A DNA stretch of 63,878 nucleotides, filler included, from Octopus bimaculoides (GCF_001194135.2; 6 parts of 5 records of this genome joined end to end with filler, not necessarily neighbours in it); one strand, 5' to 3'; shown: positions 23,053 through 38,249, numbered from the whole stretch's first letter. Numbers and translations: made by a program. The notes: generated by a model from the letters alone, not told the origin.

Positions 23053-25455
23053 GTAAGCACAGATTATATATTGGTGATTCGTTTAAGTTTATTTCTTCAC
23101 TTAGAGAAAATTATTGAACAAGAAAGGCAAGTTCAGAGTTTGCATGAGATGAGAGATAGTGATGGTATTGAGGGAGAAAGAAGAAAGAAAGAAGACAGAG
23201 ATGGATGTCAGTAAGACTGTAGGCAGAAATAAATAAGAGCAATGTGATGGGCCAGAAAATGTTTCATTTTAAGATTTACTGGAGTAATTAAGAAAAGAGA
23301 GTAGCATCCAGAATATTGTGTGCGTGTGTGTGTGCACGTGCATACAAATTTTTTTTAATGTATTTCTCTGTGCATAGCCGTGTATGTATGTGTGTGCAGT
23401 TGTAAGAAGCATCTAGACATTTTAAATTAAACACCTCTGTCTGAGATTTTGCCAAGTATTGAATTTCTTTCCTGTAGATTAGACATTGTGTAATATTAAA
23501 TAAGTTCCTGGCAAGTGCTGTATTCCATTATTGCATGGAATTGTCACTTTAGACACATTACTACTTTCGTTCTAACTATTTGAACAAAAAAAACAACTTA
23601 GTATCACACTCAACTTAATGGTGCATGGCATCATCCCATCCAAATAGAGAGAAAGAGAGAAGGGGGGTGGGGGTGGAAAGAAATTGAGCTGGAGGAGAGA
23701 GAGAGGCTGTTCAAATACTAAATGGAAAAGTCTATCTAGGAATCTAAAAAATATTTTGATCTATACTTTTGTTTCAGTGATTGACCTGAGGCCTAGTCTG
23801 GACCTTACCTTTGCTGACTTGATCGATCGCATAGGCTCCAGTATGCATTTTTATTTGATTCTTATTTTATCAGTCTATAGTTATTGAGCTGCTAAGTAAT
23901 AAGCTGTAAACAATCTCTGTATAATGTCAGCACTGCTTTTAAACAGTGTACTCTTAAACACAGGTATGAACACAAAAAACAAATAAACACATGAATACAT
24001 ATGGAGATGCACAAACACATATTTACACACTTACATACACATACACAACACACACATTCACTAAATCCTGAGTTTACCTCTTCAGAGGAACATTGTGGAA
24101 CCACTTAGCATAAAGTACTCACTTGGAGTATTTCCTGTTACTTGTTTCAGTCAGTTGAATGTGGTCATGCTAGAGTATTGGATAGATATGTTTTATTAAG
24201 ACTGAATTGCACTTTTGATGAGACTAATATAAATACAACTCCAGCATAAGGTGGTGCTCCAGCATGATCACTTTCAAAAGAATGATACAAGTAAAAGTAT
24301 AAAAGAATAATTCTATCGAATGAACTATCAGATGTTGTTATACACAGCTGATCACAGTACATTTTCTTACAATTTTGATTTTCAAATGATACCAACATCC
24401 TCAGATAAGGTAGGCTGCTTAACATTTCCCCCCAACAGAATGCCAGTCAGTTGCAGTTTTCTACATTTACAACTGAATAGACTGAAGCAATGAGAGACAA
24501 AAGGTTTTGCTCAAAAACTAATGCACTGATGCTCTGGGAATTAAAACCATGATCTTGCAATATCCTAACTACAAGGCCATGCAATTTCACTATATATATA
24601 TATATATATATNNNNNNNNNNNNNNNNNNNNNNNNNNNNNNNNNNNNNNNNNNNNNNNNNNNNNNNNNNNNNNNNNNNNNNNNNNNNNNNNNNNNNNNNN
24701 NNNNNNNNNNNNNNNNNNNNNNNNNNNNNNNNNNNNNNNNNNNNNNNNNNNNNNNNNNNNNNNNNNNNNNNNNNNNNNNNNNNNNNNNNNNNNNNNNNNN
24801 NNNNNNNNNNNNNNNNNNNNNNNNNNNNNNNNNNNNNNNNNNNNNNNNNNNNNNNNNNNNNNNNNNNNNNNNNNNNNNNNNNNNNNNNNNNNNNNNNNNN
24901 NNNNNNNNNNNNNNNNNNNNNNNNNNNNNNNNNNNNNNNNNNNNNNNNNNNNNNNNNNNNNNNNNNNNNNNNNNNNNNNNNNNNNNNNNNNNNNNNNNNN
25001 NNNNNNNNNNNNNNNNNNNNNNNNNNNNNNNNNNNNNNNNNNNNNNNNNNNNNNNNNNNNNNNNNNNNNNNNNNNNNNNNNNNNNNNNNNNNNNNNNNNN
25101 NNNNNNNNNNNNNNNNNNNNNNNNNNNNNNNNNNNNNNNNNNNNNNNNNNNNNNNNNNNNNNNNNNNNNNNNNNNNNNNNNNNNNNNNNNNNNNNNNNNN
25201 NNNNNNNNNNNNNNNNNNNNNNNNNNNNNNNNNNNNNNNNNNNNNNNNNNNNNNNNNNNNNNNNNNNNNNNNNNNNNNNNNNNNNNNNNNNNNNNNNNNN
25301 NNNNNNNNNNNNNNNNNNNNNNNNNNNNNNNNNNNNNNNNNNNNNNNNNNNNNNNNNNNNNNNNNNNNNNNNNNNNNNNNNNNNNNNNNNNNNNNNNNNN
25401 NNNNNNNNNNNNNNNNNNNNNNNNNNNNNNNNNNNNNNNNNNNNNNNNNNNNNNN

Positions 25456-25478
25456 GGGCGTAGCCCTTCGTCGGAAAG
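25456..25478 (-). ncRNA. 5' half of a U4C hammerhead, truncated by a gap
   Basis: Minus reads CUUU-CCGACGA-A GGGC UAC GCCC and then enters the N-gap exactly where GAAA is expected. Confidence 0.45.
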
Positions 25479-26267
25479 ATGGAAAGTTCGGAGAATGGAA
25501 AAACGGAGAAAGAGGAAAATGGTACCGATGCCCACGAGGTTACATTGTGAAAAGACCGGAAGAGGAGGTGGTGGGGGAAAAGCTCTTTCTAAGACAGGAG
25601 AGTGAAAAAGGGAGATGAATATCTGTTCGTGCGCGTGAGTCTGCGAGTGTGTGTGTGATAACAGAACGTGTGTGTGTGTGTGTGTGTGCATGATTTGGTG
25701 GTTTATCTGTTAGTGTGTTTGTGTGCGTGTGTGTGTGTGTATGACGTAGTGGAAGGAATTAATAGCAGGAATGGTTAGTGGATGCTTATAGACAGTGTTA
25801 GGTGGCAGGTCAACAGGCGGTTTTTTGAGTATGTGTGTGCTCGTGTTTGTGTGGGGTTGTAGGTGTTGGGTACGTGTACGTGTGTGTGTGTATTNNNNNN
25901 NNNNNNNNNNNNNNNNNNNNNNNNNNNNNNNNNNNNNNTTAATTAATTAANNNNNNNNNNNNNNNNNNNNNNNNNNNNNNNNNNNNNNNNNNNNATATAT
26001 ATATATATATATATATAAAATAAACAGCTGTAAATGCTATCTTAACCACAAACTATAATCGTTCAATAGTAATGATCAACTTCTAATTGATACACGTTGC
26101 TCCATTTTTTCCTCTCATCTAATCGGAATATATTAAACTACAGTTTACCCTTTGAATTACCAACTACTGCTAACCTTGCAGCAAGGCCTATACATAGTTA
26201 GGTAATACCCTAGGAGTGCCTAACGTTACATCTATCCCTTAGCCGTTTGCTTAACCTCTAACTCATA

Positions 26268-26319
<52 letters not shown>

Positions 26320-26459
26320 ACACACACACACACATACATACAGACACTCACACACACACACACATACACACACATACACACACACACACACATACATATA
26401 TATATATACATATTTCGGGGAATATAAGTGTGCATATATATTTGCTTATGATGTAAGCG

Positions 26460-26503
<44 letters not shown>

Positions 26504-26999
26504 CTGATGAAGTAGAATGTTCTCTATGTGGCTTGTGTGTTTTCTCGTCTCTGTTTTGTTTGCAATGTCCTGTACCCAGATATGCACCTATACATACGGG
26601 TGGATGTCGGTATGCACATACCTGTACGTATATATGCATATACTCATTTACTATTTGTTTATATATATGTATAAATTCACTATATTATTATTTGTATATA
26701 GAATCATTCACTCATATATATGCGTGGAAACGGTTTTTATTGTGTAATTATGAAATAATTATTATAATTATAAATATAGATGCATTGATAAATATGTGCA
26801 TATATCAATATAACTTTAATTGTTTGACCAATTGAATTTGGACTCGTGAAATCTTCTTAGATATCGCAGATTGTAAAGTTACGTATATTTCTAAAATTAT
26901 GCACAGGGCAAGTCGTTTTGTGACAGTGGGGGAAATTATGCACCTTCCAGTTACAGTTATTGTCCTTTGAGTTAAGGAAAGGGCGAAGAAATTATTACT

Positions 27000-28888
27000 G
27001 TAGCACTTTATTTTTCGACCCCGAAATGACGCAACGTATGTTTCACATCGCCTGTTCTTCAACTGAGGGTACTGGAATGTGATCCAGAACTATATCGCAC
27101 GTTCTATGTATTCTATCAATTTGCCAACTTACGATTCTATATCTAAGGCTAAATTGTCCCATATTTCTTCCTACCAGTTTTTAACGTGCAAGACTGTAAC
27201 TTTTCGGACACTGAACTGTTATTTCTAGCAGGGTTTTAAAAAATATGTAGCTTCTTTGAGTTTATCTTTCATTTTTGGAATTACAACTATTTTTGTTTAT
27301 TTTTTTTATTGTATCGATTCTCCGTTTATCGTCATGGATCGTTGACTTTATGTTTCATTACAACATGATTATAAGAACAGAAGAATGATGATGATAATTC
27401 TTTCTAATTTTGGCACAGGCCAACAGCAATTTCGGGGGAAGTTCTAGTCGATTACATCAACCCCTATACTCACTTGTTACTTATTTTATCAACATCTAGA
27501 GAGTGAAAGTAATATGGGCGTTTGCGGAATTTGAACTCAGAACATAAAGTGCCAGAATAAAAACGCCAAGTAATTTTACCGGCGTGATAAAAATTCTGCC
27601 ATCTCGCTACCTGAATGATAATAATAACCCTTTCTACTAAAGGTACATGGCCTGAAATTTTGGTGGAAGGGGCTAGTTGAATACATCGATCCCAGTGTTC
27701 CACTGATACATCGAAGGGATGTAAGGCAAAGTCGACCGCGGCGAAATTTGAACTCAGAACGTGGCGGCAGGTGAAATGCCGCTAAGGATTTCGATCGGCC
27801 TGCCAACGATTCAACTAGCTCATCGTTTTCTTTAAAATATTAACAATAAAAATAGCAGCATTAATAATAATCCTTTCTACCAGAAAGCACAAGGCCTCAA
27901 ATTTGGGAAAAGGGATTAAGTCGATTACATCGATCCCAGTGCGTAACTGGTACTTATATAATCGAGCCCGAAAGGATAAAAGGCAAAGTCGAGCCCGGCG
28001 GAAGTTGAACTCAGAACGCAGCGACGGGCGAAATACCGCTAAGCATTTCGTTCAACGTGCTAACGATTCTGCCAGCTCGCCGTCTTCTTAATAGTTTCAA
28101 CAATAAAAATAACAACACTAATAATAATGATAGTAATCATTACTCTTATCATGGATACTGTTGTCCTCTATCCGTCGCGATTAACTTAATAAAAAGAAAT
28201 CATTCTTCCTATTATTAGTCGCATTTTATCCTTCCGGGGGTCGATAAAATAAATGCCAGCCAACTGCTGCGGTCTATTACTTGAACAACATTACCACGCC
28301 CACTATTTTTGACCCTGTGCTAATGCTACAAATCAATCAATTAGAGAAAGTGTAAAGAAACAATTTAGAAACCGTTATTATTATTATTGTAGTTGTTGTT
28401 TTTGTTGTTATTGTTGTTATTGTTTTTGTTGTTATTATTATTATTATTTGATGCATCCATCTATCATACTCAGTTTCACACACCATGTAAAAACCTCTTT
28501 GTTTAGTAATTTGCCCTCATATTCTTTCTGGTCCTGTGACAATAAAAGTATCATTACACTTATTTATATTTATCTTTATAGTATCTTTATCATTGTTATT
28601 TTCATCTTTATTATCACTTATAATTATTATTAGTATTGATGTTGTTAATTATCAAATAAGATACATATTATTTTTACAAACGATTATGCAAAAGAAATTA
28701 CTGAAAAAAAAAAAAAACTTAAGGCGCTGGCGAAGCTGTGTGGTAATTAGCATGGTTCCTAACCACCTAGTTCTGAGTTCAGCCCCTCTGCGCGAAAGCT
28801 TGGGCAAATGTCTTCTACTAAGCCTCAGGCTGACGAAAGCCCTGCGAGACGGAAACTGAAAGAAGCCCGTCGCATTTATATATATATT

Positions 28889-28944
<56 letters not shown>

Positions 28945-30020
28945 TGTGTGTCTTTTGTCTATGCGTGACAACTGGCGGTGGTGTGTTTACGTTCCTGTGA
29001 ATAAGCGATTCGGCAAAAGTCACAGATAGAATCAGTATCAGGTTTTTAAAAGATAAGTACTGGGGTGGATACATTCGACTAAAAATTCTTCAAAGCGGTT
29101 CATGGCCAGTCAAGAAATCATTGAAATAAGTAAAAGATAATATTTAACAATAAATAATGCTTTCTAATATAGGCACAAGGCCTGAAATTTGCGAGAGTGG
29201 GATAGTCGATTTACATCGACCCCAGTACTCAACTGGTACTTAATTTATCGACCCCGAAAGGATGAAAGGCAAAGTAGACCTTGGCGGAATTTGAACTTAG
29301 AACGTAGCTGCAAGTCGATAAATTAAATACCAGTTGAGTACTGGGGTCGATCTAATTGACTGGCTCCCACCTACAAAATTTCGGGCCTTGTGCCTGGAGT
29401 GGAAAAGAATAATTGTTTTTGTAGTTGTTACTATTTCCTGCGGCACTTTACCTTTTGGGTTCAATTCTCGCCGAGGTCAATTTTGCCTTTCATCCATTCG
29501 GGATTGATAAAATAACGCACCAGTCAAGTTGAGGCTATTCTCTGAGGCCCTCCACACATTAACCACGTGCCAAAAAGTCACAGAAAAGTTATTATTTTAA
29601 TTATTAAGGCAGCGAGCACGCGGGACGAAATGTTTAACAGCATATTTTCCGTTCTTTAGTTTCTGAGTTCAAATTTCCCCAAGGTCGACTCATGCTTTTT
29701 CATCCTTTCGATGTCGATAGAATAAGTATCATTTGATCAACGGGGCCGATATCATTGTCTAACCCTTCCCAAAAATTTCGGGCCTTATGGCGATTGTAGA
29801 GCGATCCATGTTTAAAGTGGCTACCTGGTAAAATCGTTAGCACACCGGAAAAATAATCAGTGACATTTCATCTAACTTTCTGTTCTGAGTTCAAATTTCT
29901 CTGAGGTCGACTTCGTTTTCATTCTTTTGTGTTCGATAGAAAGAAAGTATTAGATGAACACTAGGGTCAAATGAAATCGACTTACCCCTCCCCCGAAATT
30001 ACTGGCCTTCTCCCAAAGAC
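27000..30020. mobile_element. Pile of about 10 tRNA-derived SINE copies and fragments in both orientations
   Basis: Recurrent GTTCTGAGTTCAAATT (B-box region), GTCGACTTTGCCTTTCATCC, TACTGGGGTCGAT and GGCCTTGTGCC motifs; the same family occurs at 21130-21300. Confidence 0.85.
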
Positions 30021-30373
30021 TTGAAATTATATTTATTATTATTCAAATGTCAATAAAGCACTTACAACCGCCAGACCAGATACCATAATTGCTTGCTTGC
30101 TATGATATTGTTCAAACGTATAAAAATCTTTAAGTGTTCATCCAAGCTTCTAGCTTCGTCATTTTCTTCTCTTAAGGGTATAGTTATACTTGAAGCGTCA
30201 AATATTAATAACAATAGGCGTTATAAGGTTAATATACCAAAACATGTTATACATATATTTCTCTCTCTCACTCTCTCTCTTTCTCTCCCTTCCTTCATAT
30301 ATATATATATATATATATATAAACATTTATATAGACACACACTTATATCTACATATATATATATATATATACA

Positions 30374-30456
<83 letters not shown>

Positions 30457-30588
30457 NNNNNNNNNNNNNNNNNNNNNNNNNNNNNNNNNNNNNNNNNNNN
30501 NNNNNNNNNNNNNNNNNNNNNNNNNNNNNNNNNNNNNNNNNNNNNNNNNNNNNNNNNNNNNNNNNNNNNNNNNNNNGGTTCCGGGTTC

Positions 30589-30630
<42 letters not shown>

Positions 30631-31283
30631 TACTAGGCTTACAAAGTCCTGGAGCCAGTTTGTTAGACTAAAGGCGGTGCTCCAGCATGGCCGCAGTCAA
30701 ATGACTGAAGCAAGTAAAAGAATAAAAGAATTTATATATATATATACACACGTCAAGTTGCTATTATGTTAATCTATCTTATGTCCAAATTTGGCGAAAT
30801 GCGTTTTTTTTTTTCAGTATATATTTTTGATTGCAATAGTCGGTTCTTTTAGTCAAACTATCGTATCTCCATATAAACAGACACATATATTAAATATACG
30901 ATGTATGAATGTGTATATATGAATGTATGTTTTAAGTATTCGGATTTTGTATTGCTAATTAATTTTGTTAATGACTGCGGGGTTTGTGGAAATTGTGCTG
31001 CAGTTAAATCGGGTGATTTTCGCAAAGTTTGGTCTGGTTCTGTTGTAGTGGTAGTGGTTTTGATGGTAGTTGTTGAAGTAGAGGAGGTGGTGGTGCTAGT
31101 GATCGATGTAGCTGCGTTAAGGACAGTATCTTTTAACTACAACAACGCAATTAATTCACTGCTAATCATACATTTAATGTGTTCGTCGGTACAAACGTCA
31201 AAATCCCTTTTGTGATGGTCTTTGCTACGATGATGATGTTGGTGATGACGATGATAGTGGTGTGGAGGTGACGTTTGTTTTTC

Positions 31284-31360
<77 letters not shown>

Positions 31361-32040
31361 TATATATGCACGCACAAGGCCACAATGTTTATCATTTTTT
31401 AATCGAGAAGTGAAAAGAGATTAGCCTTTGACACACTGTTAAAGAAGGGGACACAAAACCCCCCCACTTATATGTACATACGCGCGCGCGTATGAATGTG
31501 TGCGTATCAGAAAAGGAAGAACGAAAAATAAAATAAATCAAAAATTTATAAAAAAGGGATATGAGAAATGCATGCATCTGTGCATGTGAGATGTATATGT
31601 GTGTCTACTGAGTGCGTATGTATTTACGTATATAACTGTTTGTAAGTATACGTATATATACTGTTAAAGTCTGTCAAACCGGCCATGATGAAATCCCACA
31701 AGGTATAGAAAATACGTATTCGCCTTTATATATTTAATCCTTTATATTGAACACTCAATATTCCATATATTCAATAAGACATTCAATACTTTATTTCATT
31801 GTACCATCCATTTTTATATTATATATTGTATATTCCATATTCTATATCCCACATTAATTTTACAAGAATATCAATAAAACATAAAAAACAGACAGAGTNN
31901 NNNNNNNNNNNNNNNNNNNNNNNNNNNNNNNNNNNNNNNNNNNNNNNNNNNNNNNNNNNNNNNNNNNNNNNNNNNNNNNNNNNNNNNNNNNNNNNNNNNN
32001 NNNNNNNNNNNNNNNNNNNNNNNNNNNNNNNNNNNNNNNN

Positions 32041-32074
<34 letters not shown>

Positions 32075-33218
32075 CAATTATGCATATTTTTGTCGCTATA
32101 ATATATGTGTGTGTGTTTATGTATATATATACATACATAAACATAGATATACACGCACACACATAGTATATCTTGTGCATCTATATGTGTATATGTGTGT
32201 ATCTACTTTTTATGTATGTTTGTAAGTATATTTGTATGGGCTATTTTCTCTCGACTCCTGCCACCTAAACCATTCTGCCACCCCTCTCCCACTGCTGCTA
32301 CCCTATTTCTCCCACTATGCCATATGTACGCTGCTATTCCCCCTTTCCCTCCTCTTTCTTTCTAACTCCTTCCTTTCAACTCAACCCACTCCCATTCACA
32401 GCTATATTTCCCGCCACGTCGTCTTCCTTCTGCCATTTATCCTCGCATTTTGGGGGCCTCCTGTTTCTCTCCGAATTGAATTAAAGGGTGTGGACTCGTA
32501 TATTGTCCACCGTCTCTCTTCCCCTTCATCCATCTATCCATCCATTCATCAGCCAGCCAGCCAGTCAGTCAGTCAGCTTGTCCTCTAGTCAGACCACGGC
32601 CCGAGAGCCAGCCATTTTTGTATCTATATCCATCTATCATCTCACCAACCTCATCCAAACGTTCCGGACAGCAGTGTCCGTTGATCTGTCTCTCTATCGC
32701 TTCAATGTACCAGCCTGTCAAGCTCGCCTCCTACAAGCTTGCTTTCCTATCCCGCTCACCTTCACGCCCTTGCCCCCTAAACAGCCAACTTGCTTGCTTG
32801 ATTCTCTGCACATCCCGCCAATATTGAATTTGGCTTCCCAACTCCCAACACTTCTTTCCAGTATTGCTCTGCCCTGTTAACTTCACTTGCCTGTCCCGAT
32901 TGTTTAGCTTCAACCTATGTGCAGTAGAGTTCACTACAGCACAGTAGAGTACAAACATCAGCCTGCTTGCCCTTCCTGCATCTTAGATTTTTTCCCCACC
33001 ACCTCGCTGCTTACCACACCACCTCACATCACTTGCCAAGCACTACACGACACAATGGAATAATAATAACATCAGGGCACGTTAAATTTACGTCTTTTTT
33101 AATCTTTTATTCCATTGCATGGCACCTTGGACAAGTGTCTTCTACTATAGCATCCAGCCGACAAAAGTCTTGCGAGTGGATTTGGTAGACGAAAACTGAA
33201 AGGAGCCCGTCGTATATA

Positions 33219-33255
<37 letters not shown>

Positions 33256-35159
33256 NNNNNNNNNNNNNNNNNNNNNNNNNNNNNNNNNNNNNNNNNNNNN
33301 NNNNNNNNNNNNNNNNNNNNNNNNNNNNNNNNNNNNNNNNNNNNNNNNNNNNNNNNNNNNNNNNNNNNNNNNNNNNNNNNNNNNNNNNNNNNNNNNNNNN
33401 NNNNNNNNNNNNNNNNNNNNNNNNNNNNNNNNNNNNNNNNNNNNNNNNNNNNNNNNNNNNNNNNNNNNNNNNNNNNNNNNNNNNNNNNNNNNNNNNNNNN
33501 NNNNNNNNNNNNNNNNNNNNNNNNNNNNNNNNNNNNNNNNNNNNNNNNNNNNNNNNNNNNNNNNNNNNNNNNNNNNNNNNNNNNNNNNNNNNNNNNNNNN
33601 NNNNNNNNNNNNNNNNNNNNNNNNNNNNNNNNNNNNNNNNNNNNNNNNNNNNNNNNNNNNNNNNNNNNNNNNNNNNNNNNNNNNNNNNNNNNNNNNNNNN
33701 NNNNNNNNNNNNNNNNNNNNNNNNNNNNNNNNNNNNNNNNNNNNNNNNNNNNNNNNNNNNNNNNNNNNNNNNNNNNNNNNNNNNNNNNNNNNNNNNNNNN
33801 NNNNNNNNNNNNNNNNNNNNNNNNNNNNNNNNNNNNNNNNNNNNNNNNNNNNNNNNNNNNNNNNNNNNNNNNNNNNNNNNNNNNNNNNNNNNNNNNNNNN
33901 NNNNNNNNNNNNNNNNNNNNNNNNNNNNNNNNNNNNNNNNNNNNNNNNNNNNNNNNNNNNNNNNNNNNNNNNNNNNNNNNNNNNNNNNNNNNNNNNNNNN
34001 NNNNNNNNNNNNNNNNNNNNNNNNNNNNNNNNNNNNNNNNNNNNNNNNNNNNNNNNNNNNNNNNNNNNNNNNNNNNNNNNNNNNNNNNNNNNNNNNNNNN
34101 NNNNNNNNNNNNNNNNNNNNNNNNNNNNNNNNNNNNNNNNNNNNNNNNNNNNNNNNNNNNNNNNNNNNNNNNNNNNNNNNNNNNNNNNNNNNNNNNNNNN
34201 NNNNNACCGTTAGATAGTTTATCCGTGGCGTTAACAATTCTTCCAACTCCCCACCTTCAACAACAGCAACAGCATCATTAATATTAGCAGAAACATAAAT
34301 CAATGAGTTAATTAGTCTCGGTTATCGCGGTGCTGAGTGATAACGAATACAGTACGAAAAACTGGGAAAAAAAATTTTCAGGTCGTAGCATTTCTTCGTT
34401 GGTGTTGCTTAAATTCAATTTATTGAGGAAATAGATAGCAAATCTTTTGGAAAATATCAATAACCCTCATGTCTCTCTAGAGAATATTCCTGGGAGCCAT
34501 TCCAGTCTATGCTTCCAAGGATAATTCTATCGATATTTTTATCCAAAATAGTCCGACCATTTTCATTCTTCTCTCTCAAACGGGAAATGCTGTTATCCAT
34601 GCTCTCTTTTCAAAATTACCTATGACCAGAAACGTCCCAGCATTGATTAGCCATCTTTTTTTCTTTTTTATACCTTGCCATATTTAGACTAGTTCTTTGC
34701 GTCCTGAGTTCAAATTCCACCGAAATTAATTGTATTTTTTAAATTTACCAGTCAAAGACGATAGTTTTACTTTCATATTCTCTATGTGATCTCTGTCTCG
34801 TTTTTCTTTAGCTGAATATAAAAAATTTCAGACAATAAAACTGACGGATCTATCATCAGACTTGACTTCATAAGGTTGCAGCAGAATGGTAATAAAGGCG
34901 CCCACGGGCCAGATAGCTGTATTGAACCAATGGATTATGTCTATTAATGAAGAAAGAAACGGTCGTAAAACCGTAAAACAAAACACCTTGGAGCGTTTGC
35001 ACCAATTCTCTGCCTTCTGAGTTCAAACTACGCCGAAGTCAACTTTATCTTAGAAATATATCGTGGTGATCCTGGGCTGTAGCCTTCCTGTTATATTTTC
35101 TTCGTGACTTACGGATTGTTCTTTCGCAGCTAATTATAATCTCTCTGAAACTACAAGGC

Positions 35160-35520
35160 AGGTGGAATGAAGGAACGAATCTATCTTCAGGTTTTAGACC
35201 TGGTCCGGGTGGTTGCAACAGAATATAAGCTACTGGAGGTACCCAAGGGCCAGACAGCCATGTTAGACCGGGTAAAAGGTTATGTCTATCAACGAAAGAA
35301 TGAAGCTATACCCGCCAGGGTGTTTCCCAACAGAAACAGGAAGAAAGAGTGAGAGAAAGTTGTGGTGAAAGAGTACAGCAGGGTTCGCCCCCGACCCTGC
35401 CGGAGCCACGTGGAGCTTTATTTTGCTCAATAAATACTCACAACGCCCAATCTGGGAATCGAAACTGCGACCCTATAACCACAAGTCCACTGCCCTAACC
35501 ACTGGGCCATTGCACCTCCA
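35160..35520 (-). mobile_element. Third tRNA-derived SINE family
   Basis: Minus head TGGAGGTGCAATGGCCCAGTGG (A box)...GTTTCGATTCC (B box). Confidence 0.7.
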
Positions 35521-35586
35521 CACACTCAGACACACACACACACACACATATGTATATATATATATATGTGTATATATATATATATG

Positions 35587-35626
<40 letters not shown>

Positions 35627-36049
35627 NNNNNNNNNNNNNNNNNNNNNNNNNNNNNNNNNNNNNNNNNNNNNNNNNNNNNNNNNNNNNNNNNNNNNNNNNN
35701 NNNNNNNNNNNNNNNNNNNNNNNNNNNNNNNNNNNNNNNNNNNNNNNNNNNNNNNNNNNNNNNNNNNNNNNNNNNNNNNNNNNNNNNNNNNNNNNNNNNN
35801 NNNNNNNNNNNNNNNNNNNNNNNNNNNNNNNNNNNNNNNNNNNNNNNNNNNNNNNNNNNNNNNNNNNNNNNNNNNNNNNNNNNNNNNNNNNNNNNNNNNN
35901 NNNNNNNNNNNNNNNNNNNNNNNNNNNNNNNNNNNNNNNNNNNNNNNNNNNNNNNNNNNNNNNNNNNNNNNNNNNNNNNNNNNNNNNNNNNNNNNNNNNN
36001 NNNNNNNNNNNNNNNNNNNNNNNNNNNNNNNNNNNNNNNNNNNNNNNNN

Positions 36050-36090
<41 letters not shown>

Positions 36091-36316
36091 CACACACACA
36101 CACACACAGGCACAAGCATGCACACGTGTGCATATACGATTGCATACACACGCACACGCACACATGCACATACACACATATAGAGTGTTTGTGCGTGTGC
36201 GCGCATATACGTTTAGCTGTATAAATATAAACGGTAAACTTAACCCTTCCGCGTTATTCTCATTTCGTGCTCATTGTCTTCTACACACACATATAGACAC
36301 GCACGCACACACATAT

Positions 36317-36365
<49 letters not shown>

Positions 36366-38118
36366 TACTCGCATACTAGTTATACGTTTTCACATTCACA
36401 CACATATGCACACTCACACATACACATATATAGTTACACATAAAACATCTCTTCAGCCATATACTCATACATACACACATACATACATGAAATCAATCCT
36501 ACCATACATTTATGCATGTATACATATATTCATTTATACATATATATACAGTTATTCCTCCATGTGTGCATACATATCACCGGCCTTCTTTTTGCATACA
36601 TCTTTACATATTCTGTTCGTATACTGAAGCCGGTTGCAGCTAATCTAGCAGTTGTGTGTTGTCACATTAGAGAGTTTAACACTCTGCCGATTGATTTAAT
36701 GGGCTATCGGTTAAATTTATGCGTCTTAGTTTTGGCAATCGGGCACTCGGGCACTCGAGGGGAAAAACCGAAACGACATCTCTGTTGAACATAGTATTGG
36801 CGTGTTAGAAATACGATGTCGCCAGCTTATGAATTATCACACATCATACTGTATCAGTATTGGGATGGAGCCGGTGGTGGTGGTGGTGGTGGTGNNNNNN
36901 NNNNNNNNNNNNNNNNNNNNNNNNNNNNNNNNNNNNNNNNNNNNNNNNNNNNNNNNNNNNNNNNNNNNNNNNNNNNNNNNNNNNNNNNNNNNNNNNNNNN
37001 NNNNNNNNNNNNNNNNNNNNNNNNNNNNNNNNNNNNNNNNNNNNNNNNNNNNNNNNNNNNNNNNNNNNNNNNNNNNNNNNNNNNNNNNNGTGGTGGTGAT
37101 GGTGGGGTGCGTTTCTAGAAAAATGAGGTGGTGGTGGTGGGGGTAAGAAACAAATGTTGTTGTTGTTTTGTGTTGCTGTAGTATATTGGAAGACAAACAT
37201 AAAATATTCGAACTGACCAAGCCGATCCCACATCGAATGTGACACCACCATTGGCCTCACCGTCACCATCGCTACCACCAACCAACTAACCAGCCAACGA
37301 ACCAGCGAACCAACGAACCAACCAGCTAACCTGCAGCCGACAAATTAACTTGACTCGTGACCTCCACCTCATTCTTGACAAGACAGTGATAGCTGTAAGT
37401 GTAAAGGAAAAGACGGAGAAAAAGGCGAGAGTGAAAGAAAGGAATATTGTTTGTTTATGTGGAGGCAGCGTCTGTTGTAACCCTGGTTATAAATTGGTTA
37501 TTGGAAACCATCACGGTAAAACTAAACTAACTTACTGAGTTACGAAGAATTATGGTAATAGATTTGGGATCAGAGTTCACGGTTCCCGCTGAGCCAAAAT
37601 CTAATCAACACGTTCGCGAAATAGTTATTTAATGCGCAACTCAAATGTCTCTGTACAACCCGAAAGCAATTGGTATCTACTGTTCACACCTATGAATACC
37701 AAGTGAAACCAAATCAAACCTGACAAAATGTTTTCACTGGTGTTTTACATAATTTTTTCTTTCTTTCTTACGTTTCGGTATTCGGGAGGAGGAACCTATC
37801 AACAAAATGCTTCATAACTTTTATCTAATGCTAAAGTTAGTTTTCCTTCTGCTGCTATATTTTCATAGGTAATCGGTAGATAAGCAGTTCAGCTCAAATT
37901 AGTGAGCTTCTTAAAAGGGTATCAGGAGCCAAAACCATAACAAAGCAACGGGAAAATATATGCAAAAAATAAAAAAAAAACATGGTTGTAGGGGGATGAA
38001 GCTTGATTTGGGCTAGTCTTAGGCAAGTGCGTGTTCTACTATTGCCTGGGTTAACTAATGCCTTGTTAGTAAATTTGATGCACAAGAACTGTGTAGAAGC
38101 CTGAAATGTATGCATACG

Positions 38119-38154
<36 letters not shown>

Positions 38155-38217
38155 TCTATCTATATATATATATATATATANNNNNNNNNNNNNNNNNNNN
38201 NNNNNNNNNNGTGTATG

Positions 38218-38249
<32 letters not shown>

